A DNA stretch of 64,000 nt, taken from Alphaproteobacteria bacterium. Lineage in GTDB: Bacteria; Pseudomonadota; Alphaproteobacteria; RF32; CAG-239. Below are positions 47,789 through 57,011 of the stretch, piece by piece. The stretch lies in contig JAHHRI010000003.1 of assembly GCA_020025875.1 (NCBI GenBank), positions 1,103-65,102 on the forward strand, written 5' to 3'. The notes beneath the pieces are model-generated. The model was not told the origin of the DNA, did not search any database, and was given only the letters and a program-made list of their open reading frames with translations. Positions within the stretch are counted from its first letter, which is position 1. Every line of letters starts with the position of its first letter. The position numbers and the translations under genes are program-made.

Positions 47789-49147
47789 TTGCTGCCAACC
47801 TTTAGCCGCGCGGCTCCATAACAACGGATATTTTTCCGGCTGAGACAAATTGCCGAAATGCCGCAGCAGCTCCGTCAACAAATAAGGTTTGTCGACGTCA
47901 GGCAAAACATAGACACCGCCCACCATCGGCAGGCGACATCCTGTTGTTTCCGGCAAAGAAAACGGTCGGTTGAGGATCTTGCAACAAGCCATATCGGCAA
48001 AAATGCGAGCTTCCATATATTCTCCGGAAAAACCGAAACGATCAGCAAAGTCTGCCTTCGGGCTTGCCAGCAGTCTGGTATAAATATCGGCAAACACGGC
48101 TTCATGTTCGGGCAGGATCAATGCTTTTCCGCCCAGCAGATTTTCAAAATCATTGCGGATGAGCGGATTTTTCCAACCGCCGCCAAACAACAGATAAAGC
48201 GAAGGCAACTGTTGTGCGGACGGCACATAGCGCAAATGATAGACCATACCGTATGCGCTTAAATATTCTGCCGTGCGCAGGTTGTCGGCAAAAGAACGGC
48301 TGTTGTCGTAAACTTTGCGGTACCAATGAGGATCGGACGACTTGGGCGGCTGGCACAAATAAAAGTTTTTTCCCTCCGCCGTGATTGCCGCTTCGTTAAA
48401 CATTTGCCGCAACAGCTTCGGGCATATTTTCCCGCTGCTGCCAACCATGCCGTCTTTGTCAAAGGGCTGCCCCAAATGCTCACGGATCAACAGATCGGGC
48501 AGATGGTTAAACGGCCCGACATCCCAGCCGATGACGGCAGATGTGTTTTGTGCGTTTTCATAACCGACAATGGCAATATTGCCGGTATTGCCTCCGTTGC
48601 AAAAAGCAAACGCATCAATTTTTTTGCGCATCATCATCTGTGCAATACGCCGATTGTGCAAAGGCGCCAGCGGTGCCCCTTCGCCCCCGTTCATCAGATC
48701 GTCGGAGCGAAAGTCGTAGATAACCGGAATACCCGTCAAAGAGGCCAGCAACTTCGGATTGCCGACCTGCAGGGTATATGGCTCTGCGTTTCCTGCCACC
48801 GAAGGCGGATAATGATCACAAGTTTGCCCATGAAAACCGATGGCGGCAATTTCTCTTTTGTCAACGCCGCTTTTTTCCACCAAACCGTTAACCGTATCGG
48901 CAGCCAAACGGGTATAAGTTTCAACCGTTTTGGCAAACAAAGGGTCTAAGTCTGCCTCTTTCATTGAGGCATAAGATTTGACATTTTCTTTCAGCTGCAA
49001 AAAACATTCTCTCAGCTCCGATGGGTATGGCACGGAAAAAGCCGCCAGATCACGAACATTTCCGTCTTGGTCAAAAGAGCTCAACACCGCATCTGCGGCA
49101 TCGAGAGAATTGCCGGTCATCACACCGATTGTTTGGATAATCATCAA
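47759..49147 (-). CDS. anmK: Anhydro-N-acetylmuramic acid kinase (long form)
   Basis: 462 aa. N-terminal IGVMTGNSLDAADAVL (cf. GLMSGTSLDGVD), HGQT, and LQ.GN...LA..TGI.V..DFR..D...GG.GAPL. It converges on eptA with a 30-nt overlap. Confidence 0.8.
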   Translation of the reverse strand: MMIIQTIGVMTGNSLDAADAVLSSFDQDGNVRDLAAFSVPYPSELRECFLQLKENVKSYASMKEADLDPLFAKTVETYTRLAADTVNGLVEKSGVDKREIAAIGFHGQTCDHYPPSVAGNAEPYTLQVGNPKLLASLTGIPVIYDFRSDDLMNGGEGAPLAPLHNRRIAQMMMRKKIDAFAFCNGGNTGNIAIVGYENAQNTSAVIGWDVGPFNHLPDLLIREHLGQPFDKDGMVGSSGKICPKLLRQMFNEAAITAEGKNFYLCQPPKSSDPHWYRKVYDNSRSFADNLRTAEYLSAYGMVYHLRYVPSAQQLPSLYLLFGGGWKNPLIRNDFENLLGGKALILPEHEAVFADIYTRLLASPKADFADRFGFSGEYMEARIFADMACCKILNRPFSLPETTGCRLPMVGGVYVLPDVDKPYLLTELLRHFGNLSQPEKYPLLWSRAAKGWQQSFSATGENV

Positions 49148-49204
49148 CGAACCTCCCGCTTATGGCGCCGAAGTCATTGTAAAGCGCGCCGTATTTAAAT
49201 TTGG

Positions 49205-49711
49205 TTAAACACGGCATATATCCGATTCACAGGGCAGCGGCGGCATTTGCGCGGTCGCGCCTGTTAGGCGGTTGTCTTTCATATGTTCTTTAAGTTCCTG
49301 TTTGAATTTTTCCGCATTGCCGTAGCCGCGGATAATGTAAGAGGCCATTGTCATATAAACAATTTCGTCCGATCTCGGATGATTGTTGATGAGCAGATTG
49401 AGTTTGCGGATAATTTTTTCTTTGTATTTATAATTATCCTCACCGAAATTGGTCAACCCCACCAAACGTTGGTGCATATCCCGAACGGCTTTGGCATTAT
49501 ATTCTATCCGCACCCGCGCCAACTTGTCTTGATAAAGCGTTACCGAGTCAAAATCTGATACCTTACCCAGCAAAACTTCCAGTTTCTCTTGAGGATAAAA
49601 ACGCATGACCGTATCTTCCAACACGGCAAACAGCAACCCCTTACTTTCTGCTTTTTGCAGATCAAGGAGGAAGTTCTCGCCAAAAGTCTTTTTTACAACT
49701 TCGCTTGTCAT
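49205..49711 (-). CDS. Hypothetical protein
   Basis: 168-aa ORF divergent from the 49887 operon. I recognise no family. Confidence 0.45.
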   Translation of the reverse strand: MTSEVVKKTFGENFLLDLQKAESKGLLFAVLEDTVMRFYPQEKLEVLLGKVSDFDSVTLYQDKLARVRIEYNAKAVRDMHQRLVGLTNFGEDNYKYKEKIIRKLNLLINNHPRSDEIVYMTMASYIIRGYGNAEKFKQELKEHMKDNRLTGATAQMPPLPCESDICRV

Positions 49712-49886
49712 AGCCCTTCTCCCGTTTCATAATGATATTTTCCATATGCCCAAAGTTTAGCACAAAACCACCCCTGACACAACAGAAAACACAAGCCGAC
49801 GGCAAGAAAAATGATTTGATAAAATCAATTATTAATTTGCTTATTTAAACGCAACCGCTTATAACTTTTCACTTAAGGAGATACAC

Positions 49887-50576
49887 ATGAACAAACTTTG
49901 TCTGTCATCAGAATTATACCCCATTTCCCCTGCCGACATAGCCTCTCTGGCAGATACTCCCGCAGGCGTGACGGCTGATACAAAAGACGAAATTACGGTT
50001 CTGATCGGCGATAGCATGGCGGGACAAACCGATACCTTGCTTGCGGGAAGAAACGCCGTCAACCGCGCGCTTGCAGATAACGTTTCTTCCGTTCCCGTCC
50101 GTTTTGCCTTTTTCAGTAAAATCGGCAGGCTGAACTTTATCAGCGTTTTTATAAAACCGCTGCGCTCCCGATACAAAATTTTTTCTTCCAACATATACCA
50201 TATAGATCCGCAGGAAATTCGCAAACTTAAAATCGAACGCAATATCCGCACCAAAGAAAACGCCTATATATTCAGCAACCCGCGGTTTTACTACGACGAC
50301 CAAGATCGCAAACGCCAGTACAACGAACTCTACAATTCGATGCGGCAAGGATACGACGACAAATTTCCGCTCGACATCATGCTGTTGAGAATGATGGGCA
50401 TCAAAGACACCGTCAACCAAGGACATCACCGCATGGGCATTGCCATCGAATGCCGCTTACCGCTTGTAGCCGTTCGCTTCAGCGCTGCCGGTGCCGCGCC
50501 GAGTATCTTAAAACCGTTATTAAAAGTGATTGCCGACATCAACATCACCTTAAAATTGAGGAATAAAAGCCAATGA
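49887..50576 (+). CDS. Hypothetical protein with a possible ParB/sulfiredoxin-like fold (GHHR motif)
   Basis: 229 aa. The C-terminal half reads IYHIDPQEIRKLKI...YNELYNSMRQGYDDKFPLDIMLL..MGIKDTVNQGHHRMGIAIECRLPLVAV, resembling the ParB/Srx pattern (I.....I.., then L..SI...G...P, then DGHHR..A). The stop overlaps the next gene start (ATGA at 50573-76). Confidence 0.4.
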   Translation: MNKLCLSSELYPISPADIASLADTPAGVTADTKDEITVLIGDSMAGQTDTLLAGRNAVNRALADNVSSVPVRFAFFSKIGRLNFISVFIKPLRSRYKIFSSNIYHIDPQEIRKLKIERNIRTKENAYIFSNPRFYYDDQDRKRQYNELYNSMRQGYDDKFPLDIMLLRMMGIKDTVNQGHHRMGIAIECRLPLVAVRFSAAGAAPSILKPLLKVIADINITLKLRNKSQ

Positions 50577-51622
50577 CACGCCTGTTGCATATTGCCAATT
50601 TCAACTCGCTCCGCTTAAAAGGCTGCTTTCAATGCGGCTTTCCGGTAAAAATATCTTCCGGATTGATTAAAAACGGCTTCGAAGTCATCAACTATGCCGA
50701 CCGCGATCTATGCAGAATGTTCGGCTTTGGACATATGAACACCCTCGGACGCTGGCGCTTAAACAAGCATCTCATCGAGTTTTGCCGCACAACCCGACCG
50801 GACGCGCTTTTGCTCGGACACGCCAACACCATCGAAAACGAAACGATCTTAAAAATAAAAAAAATACTGCCGGGGATCCGCGTCATGCAGTGGAATTGTG
50901 ACTCGATTACGCCGGAAAGCAAGCGCAACATCAAAGCCTTAACCGAACGTTTGGAGGTGGTGGATCTGACCATGATATCAACCGGCGACAAAGCCATGCT
51001 CTCCATGTTCAAAAAAAACGACAAACCCGTGGCCTACCTTCCCAATATGGTAGATTCCGCCATTGAAACCGGCAAGGCTTTTGCAGAGCCGACACCGGCT
51101 TTCGATGTTTTGCTTTGCGCCAACACCGGACAACGTCAATTTTGCGGAAAAGATACCGCCATTGAGGAAATATTAAACGAAAGTGAAAACCAAATCCCCA
51201 ACCTCAAATGGTTGCTTGGCGGTCTGCGCGGATACCCGCCGCTGCACGGAGCCGAATATCTCAACGCCTTTTCCAAAGCGGGCATGGGCTTTAACCTCAG
51301 CCGCTACAACGACGTTTACCTCTACAGCTCAGATCGCCTTGCTCACATTATTGGTAACGGCGAACTAGCGCTAATCGATCGGGCAACCGGCTTTGCCGAC
51401 GTCATTCCGGAAGACGGAGCCGCTTTTTACGGTAACCGAGAAGAGTTTTACGACAAACTAGCGTTTTACAAAAACAACACCGATGCCCGTATGAAAGCCG
51501 CCGCCTTGGGACATCGGGCTTTTTATCGGGAATTTGACAACCAAAGCGTTACCGCCTATATGGCAGCACTTTTGTTTGAACAGTTCAAAACGGCTCAACG
51601 GCCTTGGCAAATTGTCATCTGA
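50573..51622 (+). CDS. Glycosyltransferase-like protein (CgeB / Glyco_trans_1_2-like C-terminal domain)
   Basis: 349 aa. The C-terminal region, NLSRYNDVYLYSSDRLAHIIGNGELAL.....GF.DVIPEDGAAFY.N.EEF.DKL.FY..N...R...A..G, is typical of CgeB-like/GT1-related domains. It is translationally coupled to the upstream ORF. Confidence 0.55.
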   Translation: MTRLLHIANFNSLRLKGCFQCGFPVKISSGLIKNGFEVINYADRDLCRMFGFGHMNTLGRWRLNKHLIEFCRTTRPDALLLGHANTIENETILKIKKILPGIRVMQWNCDSITPESKRNIKALTERLEVVDLTMISTGDKAMLSMFKKNDKPVAYLPNMVDSAIETGKAFAEPTPAFDVLLCANTGQRQFCGKDTAIEEILNESENQIPNLKWLLGGLRGYPPLHGAEYLNAFSKAGMGFNLSRYNDVYLYSSDRLAHIIGNGELALIDRATGFADVIPEDGAAFYGNREEFYDKLAFYKNNTDARMKAAALGHRAFYREFDNQSVTAYMAALLFEQFKTAQRPWQIVI

Positions 51623-52697
51623 CAAGCCGCCGCAAAATGTCGTCATCTTCCAGCAAATGAACTGCCAAATCTAAACTTTTAGGTTCAGAAAGAATGGTAT
51701 AATAGTTATCTTTTATCGTCGGAGCCAATTCAACCGCTTTGATAAATTCTTTTTTATCAAAAGGATTTTCCGCAATAAAATCAAAAAAACCGGTTGCCGA
51801 TAAAATATCGCGAACACCGTCTGTTTCTGGATTATCCTGCAACATAGCACAGAGATACGCCGCCGTTCCCACCTGCAAGCCGTGCATTTTCGGTTTTGCC
51901 GAAAATTCGTCAAGGGCATGTGAAATCAGATGCTCCGATCCGCTGGCGGGACGAGAACTGCCGGCAATTTCCATGGCTATGCCGCTGTATAGCAGCGAAG
52001 TTGCTAAGCTTCGCTGGAAACGAGGCGCCATCAGATCGCTGCTGTGACGCAAAAACAGCAGATCCAACGAATTGTAAGACATCATCGAGGCAAAGTCGTT
52101 GAAGCGTTCTCTGCCTTGGTTGAAAGCCGTTTTCCAATCCCACAATGCACTGACTTTAGCAATCATATCGCCAACGCCCGAATAAAGGAAAATCTTTGGA
52201 CAATTAGCGATCACGTCAAGATCTATTACCACTCCGTAGGGAATGGCCGATTTTATGGTTTTTCTCACTCCTTTGGCGGTCAGTGAGGAGGTGGGCGAAC
52301 AAAAACCATCATTAGACATTGAGGTCGGCACACTAATATAGGGCAGTCTGAGTAAATATGAGGCATATTTGGCAAAATCGAGAACTTTGCCGCCACCGAT
52401 ACCGACGATGGCCCGAACTTTAGATGACAAAGAAAACGCCGTGGCCGTAATATCTTCCACCGCAATGGAAGTTACCGTACACTCCGACACAATGCCGACG
52501 TGATGTTCTTCCAACCCGCGTTTCAACTGTTCTCCCAACATTTTTTCCATTCCTTCACCCCAAAACAAAGCAATCTCTGTCATCTCTTTATCAAACAGAT
52601 ATTTACCGATTTTGGCAATTTTCCTTTCTCCTATTTTCAATAGATAAGGAATGTTTATCTGACGACTGGTCATAACATAGGGAAAATTTTTTTTCAT
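51615..52697 (-). CDS. egsA: sn-Glycerol-1-phosphate dehydrogenase family protein (EgsA/AraM-like)
   Basis: 360 aa. GIGGGKVLDFAKYAS...LPYISVPTSMSNDGFCSPTSSL and SGSEHLISHALD match the NAD(P)/Zn motifs of G1P dehydrogenases (archaeal EgsA, B. subtilis AraM) as I remember them. Confidence 0.7.
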   Translation of the reverse strand: MKKNFPYVMTSRQINIPYLLKIGERKIAKIGKYLFDKEMTEIALFWGEGMEKMLGEQLKRGLEEHHVGIVSECTVTSIAVEDITATAFSLSSKVRAIVGIGGGKVLDFAKYASYLLRLPYISVPTSMSNDGFCSPTSSLTAKGVRKTIKSAIPYGVVIDLDVIANCPKIFLYSGVGDMIAKVSALWDWKTAFNQGRERFNDFASMMSYNSLDLLFLRHSSDLMAPRFQRSLATSLLYSGIAMEIAGSSRPASGSEHLISHALDEFSAKPKMHGLQVGTAAYLCAMLQDNPETDGVRDILSATGFFDFIAENPFDKKEFIKAVELAPTIKDNYYTILSEPKSLDLAVHLLEDDDILRRLVR

Positions 52698-52700
52698 TTT

Positions 52701-53340
52701 TTATCCTTTCAGGAAGTGGTATACCTCATCAAAATCTTTCAATTCTTCTGCCGGAATATGCAACAGACGGCATTGATGCAACAACATTTTGCGAGCAAAT
52801 ACAACATCGGCGACAGCCGCCGCGGCAACATCAGGCATACCGTCGCCGCAATAAACGACACAATAGCCTTTTTGCTGAAGATAAGCAACAACAGCGGCTT
52901 TGTCGACACCTGTATTCGGAGCATAAAAAGGGTTGTTTTCAGGCAGCGGATTCATGACCAGCCCCTTTTCAGGGCTGTAAACTCCATGGTTAGCAACTAG
53001 CTTTATCCAATTTTTGGCCATCTCTTTTCCGATCAGCTTGTCAATATAATAGTCACAACCTGCTGAACAAATATAAACCGGAATATGTTGTCGACAACAG
53101 TAATCGGCGACCGTAAAAAAACTTTGATCAATTTTAATTTTGCAAATAAAATCGTCAAGTTCGCGTTTTGTCACCCTGAGAGAGGAAAAAATTTCCTTTA
53201 AAGCCTCAAAATGAGTCTTTTTTCCCTCCATATACTCTCGCCATGGCAGCAACGCTTTTTCACCGAGCCATCTGTCGCTGATATAATTAAAAAAAATCAT
53301 CGTCACTGATCGTTCCGTCAAAATCAGAAACCAGAGCCAT
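52701..53340 (-). pseudogene. HAD-IB phosphatase (MtnX-like) interrupted by a +1 frameshift in an A8/T8 homopolymer
   Basis: ATG at 53340 encodes MALVSDFDGTISDDDFF, then stops at TAA (53289-87). The track ORF (52701..53321) continues as ...FFNYISDRWLGEK... in the +1 frame. Removing one base from the run at 53289-53296 joins them into one HAD protein with motif I DFDGT and motif IV GDGMPDV. Confidence 0.8.
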
Positions 53341-53582
53341 TTGACACTTTTTAATCATTGCAACAGCCTTTCTCATAAAAATTTGACGTTAAGGATACTT
53401 CATATACTTTACTAAAAGGTGAATTTTTAGATCCGACAAAAAAGATTGCACCTTTTAAAAACCACGAAAAGATAAATCTTCGCGGCATTTTTTATGCAAA
53501 CCGCGTTCAGGCTCTCAAGGCAAGTTTGTCGATTGTTGTTGCTGCCGATCCGTTGGCGTCCGCAGCCGACAAACCATGCCCT

Positions 53583-54491
53583 CTACACGTTATAAACCAA
53601 TCCCCAGTCTTGATAGCGTGCCGGATCTTCGCTCCAGTTTTCCCGCACTTTCACGAATAAAAATAAATGAATGCGGTCTTCAAGCATTTTTTCCAATTCC
53701 AACCGAGCCGACTGCCCGACTTTCTTAATCATCTCTCCGCTTTTGCCGATGATAATTTTTTTCTGCCCTTCCCGCTCAACATAAATGGTCATTTCCGCCC
53801 GCACCGAATTGTCCGGTCGTCGTTCCCACATTTCAGGTTCAACGGTCAACGAATAGGGCAACTCGTCCTGCAAATACAAAAACAGCTTTTCCCTCACAAC
53901 TTCCGCCGCCAGCAGCCTGAGCGGCAAATCCGACATATGGTCTTCGGGGTAATACCAAGGCGATTCCGGCAGATGATCCGCCAAATACCGATAAAAATCG
54001 GCCATTCCTTCTCCGGTTGTGGCAGAAACCATAAATGTTTCGGAAAAGTCTGCCGCCGCGTTGAGTTCTGCCGCCAGCGGCAGCAATTTTTCTTTTGCCA
54101 CCAGATCAATTTTATTCAGCAATAAAACGGCTTGGCGTTTTTGTTTGTTCAGTTCGTCGACAACAGCTCTGGTTTCCGCATCAAAGCCACGTCTGGAATC
54201 GACCACCAAAACCAACAGATCGCCATCGGAAGCCCCGCTCCATGCCGAAGCCACCATAGAACGATCAAAACGCCGTTTGGGTTTAAAAATACCCGGTGTA
54301 TCGAGAAAAATAATCTGCGTGTTGTCATAAATGCCGATGCCCTTCACCAAGGTGCGCGTTGTCTGCGCTTTGGGCGAAACGATAGACACCTTGGAACCGA
54401 CAAAATCATTGGTAATGGTAGATTTTCCGGCATTCGGCGCGCCTATCAAAGCAACAAAACCGCAACGTGTCGGCCGTTCATTTATTTCCAT
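53583..54491 (-). CDS. era: GTPase Era
   Basis: 302 aa. G1 GAPNAGKST, G3 DTPG, G4 NKID and a KH domain (VEREGQKKIIIGK.G..IK). Confidence 0.95.
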   Translation of the reverse strand: MEINERPTRCGFVALIGAPNAGKSTITNDFVGSKVSIVSPKAQTTRTLVKGIGIYDNTQIIFLDTPGIFKPKRRFDRSMVASAWSGASDGDLLVLVVDSRRGFDAETRAVVDELNKQKRQAVLLLNKIDLVAKEKLLPLAAELNAAADFSETFMVSATTGEGMADFYRYLADHLPESPWYYPEDHMSDLPLRLLAAEVVREKLFLYLQDELPYSLTVEPEMWERRPDNSVRAEMTIYVEREGQKKIIIGKSGEMIKKVGQSARLELEKMLEDRIHLFLFVKVRENWSEDPARYQDWGLVYNV

Positions 54492-55149
54492 GTTTCACTC
54501 CCAAAACCATCAACATTTTTTCTGCCGCATTCTGCTCGGCCATTTTTTTATTGCGACCGCTGCCCGTTTGTGCTTCCACTCCGTCTATTTCCACCTGCAT
54601 ATGAAAAATCGGATTATGTTCGGCTCCCTCGCGCCCGATTTCCATATATTTTGGCGCCGACAGATTTTTTTCGTGGGCGGCTTCCTGCAACAAGGTTTTA
54701 GCGTCTTTGGGCGGACGTGTATGGGTATCGACCAGCGGGCGCCAATGTTTTTGCACAAAATCAATCGCCGTCTGACAACCGCCGTCCAGATACATTGCCC
54801 CGATCACCGCTTCGCAAACATCGCACAAAACATTGTCATTATGCCGAACATCGATACTTTCTGCCACAATGCAACCGTCCAGCTTGAGTTTTAAAGCCAT
54901 TTCCGCCACGGTTTCTTTGCACACAAGAGCCATAAACCGTTGCGACAAGCTGCCTTCCGGCTCTGCGGGAAACACACGATAGACCATTTCTGCCACAGCC
55001 ACGCCCAGCACCCTATCCCCCAAAAACTCCAGCCGCTCATAGTTTTCCGACAACTTGCCGGTCTTGCTGGTATGTGTCAGCGCCTGATGCAGCAAATGCC
55101 GATTTTTAAAATGATATTGCAGATTTTTTTCCAGTTCTTCCATAACCAT
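54478..55149 (-). CDS. rnc: Ribonuclease III
   Basis: 223 aa. Signature ERLEFLGDRVLG plus a dsRBD (KD.KT.LQE........P.Y). It overlaps the era start by 14 nt. Confidence 0.95.
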   Translation of the reverse strand: MVMEELEKNLQYHFKNRHLLHQALTHTSKTGKLSENYERLEFLGDRVLGVAVAEMVYRVFPAEPEGSLSQRFMALVCKETVAEMALKLKLDGCIVAESIDVRHNDNVLCDVCEAVIGAMYLDGGCQTAIDFVQKHWRPLVDTHTRPPKDAKTLLQEAAHEKNLSAPKYMEIGREGAEHNPIFHMQVEIDGVEAQTGSGRNKKMAEQNAAEKMLMVLGVKHGNK

Positions 55150-55182
55150 TCTCCGTCACAAGCTTAAACTGTCTATATAAGA

Positions 55183-55947
55183 TCAGTTAATTTTGCTGAA
55201 CAGACGGCTCCACCTGATTTTTTTTGCCCAAGTCCAAGGTTTGTACCAAGCCCCCTCGTTCGGATCATAGGAAAAAAACAAAAACCGCGCTTTGCCCACC
55301 AAATTTTCCATCGGCACAAAACCGACGCTGATCCGACTGTCATCGGAACGGTCGCGGTTATCTCCCATCACAAACAAGCTTCCGTCGGGAACGGTTACTT
55401 CGGCAAAGTCGTCCTCTCTTTCCTCGTCGGAAATTTCTAAAATGCTGTGTTTAACACCGTTTGGCAGCGTTTCCACATACTGATGATAACGTTCGGCGTG
55501 TCCGAACGGATTGCGCAAGACAAAATTTTCTCCCTCAACCCGTTCAAGCATTTGACCGTTAACGAACAAACGCCCGTTTTCCAGTTTTATTTTGTCACCG
55601 GGCATACCGATAATCCGTTTGATAAAATCGGTGTGGTTATCTTTGGGAAACTTAAAAACAACCACATCACCCTGTTTGGGCTCGCTGCTCCATACGCGTC
55701 CTTCAAAAGACGGAAAACTAAAAGGGAACGAATGTCTGGAATAACCATAAGTATATTTGGAAACAAACAGAAAGTCTCCGACATAAAGATTGGGATACAT
55801 TGAGCCCGACGGAATTTTGAACGGCTCAAACAAAAAGCTCCTAATCAAAACGGCAATCACGATTGCATAAATGATTGTTTTGATTGTTTCCGACATACTT
55901 TCTTCTTTTTCCATTTTAGTTTTTCTCCCAATCGTTTTTTCTGTCAT
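55183..55947 (-). CDS. lepB: Signal peptidase I
   Basis: 254 aa. One TM helix, SGSMYP (catalytic Ser), GD.VVF, KRIIG.PGD, GDNRD.S.DSR. Confidence 0.93.
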   Translation of the reverse strand: MTEKTIGRKTKMEKEESMSETIKTIIYAIVIAVLIRSFLFEPFKIPSGSMYPNLYVGDFLFVSKYTYGYSRHSFPFSFPSFEGRVWSSEPKQGDVVVFKFPKDNHTDFIKRIIGMPGDKIKLENGRLFVNGQMLERVEGENFVLRNPFGHAERYHQYVETLPNGVKHSILEISDEEREDDFAEVTVPDGSLFVMGDNRDRSDDSRISVGFVPMENLVGKARFLFFSYDPNEGAWYKPWTWAKKIRWSRLFSKIN

Positions 55948-55980
55948 ACTAACCTCTATTTTTATTTTAGCAACAAAAAG

Positions 55981-56376
55981 CTAACAGCTTTCAATAATAA
56001 CCGTTGCCTGCGCCAACGGATAATCGTCGCTTATGCTCAACCACAGGCGGGGTGCGGAAACCGTCTTTTTCAAAACCGCTTCTGCCTGTCCGGAAACCTT
56101 AATCGTCGGTTGTCCGCTCGGCAGGTGCAACACTTCTATTTCCGCCCACGAAATTCCCTGCGCAAACCCTGTGCCGAGAGCCTTAACAAAAGCTTCTTTG
56201 GCGGCAAAACGCTTGGCAAGCGAAGCAACAAATCGTGCTTTATCGGCATATATCCTGTCCAGCTCTTGCCGTTCTTCCCTCCCAAAACAGCGGTTAAGAA
56301 AACGCTCGCGAAAGTTTGCATAGGCTTTTTCGATACGTCCGATATGGCAAATATCGCTCCCCAATCCGATAATCAT
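55981..56376 (-). CDS. acpS: Holo-[acyl-carrier-protein] synthase
   Basis: 131 aa: MIIGLGSDI..I.RIE......ERFL.R.F...E ....A.RFAAKEA..KALGTG. Confidence 0.92.
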   Translation of the reverse strand: MIIGLGSDICHIGRIEKAYANFRERFLNRCFGREERQELDRIYADKARFVASLAKRFAAKEAFVKALGTGFAQGISWAEIEVLHLPSGQPTIKVSGQAEAVLKKTVSAPRLWLSISDDYPLAQATVIIESC

Positions 56377-57011
56377 GATATTTTGTCCGCTCTTTCGTTT
56401 TTGTATTTTCTAAAACGGCCGATTTTTTCCAACGACTTTTTAACGACATAATAAGTGATTGCCCAAGCGGCAATGTAAAAAGGAACACAGCCGACCATCA
56501 TCGGCCAAACAACCGGCCACACATCACGCCCGAATGAAGAAAAATCAAAGGTTATCAAAGCGTGCATTGCCTTTTCAAACACTTTTGTAAATTCTATCTG
56601 GCTGCGTCCGTATTCGCCCAGCAGAAAACGTCCGGTATAAAGCACAGAAACCCAGATAAACGGAAAGGTCCACGGGTTTCCTGCCGCCGTGCCGAGAGCC
56701 CCTGCCAAAACATTGCCTCGCACCAACCATGCCGTTGCCGCTGCCAACACAAAATGAAAACCGACAAACGGCGTAAAAGAAACAGCCACGCCGCAAGCCA
56801 CGCCGGCGGCAATCGAATATGGCGTTCCTCCCAGTTGGCTGAGGCGTAGCAATATGCGTTTGGCGTAGCGCCTCCACCCCGATCTGCGCCTCCCGCTTTG
56901 ACGCTTTGTTTCCGTTGCTTCCCGCTTCCCTCGTAAAAACAAATTGCTTCTCCTTTGTTTATGCCGATCGGGCAACATAGCTGACTGCTTTTGAAGACTT
57001 GAGATCGGCAA
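56373..57011 (-). CDS. DUF2062-domain membrane protein
   Basis: The core is TPYSIAAGVACGVAVSFTPFVGFHFVLAAATAWLVRGNVLAGALGTAAGNPWTFPFIW. The N-terminus is uncertain: the track start overlaps the spoT 3' end, and the Met at 56978 is an alternative. The stop overlaps the acpS start (4 nt). Confidence 0.7.
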   Translation of the reverse strand: MPISSLQKQSAMLPDRHKQRRSNLFLRGKREATETKRQSGRRRSGWRRYAKRILLRLSQLGGTPYSIAAGVACGVAVSFTPFVGFHFVLAAATAWLVRGNVLAGALGTAAGNPWTFPFIWVSVLYTGRFLLGEYGRSQIEFTKVFEKAMHALITFDFSSFGRDVWPVVWPMMVGCVPFYIAAWAITYYVVKKSLEKIGRFRKYKNERADKIS

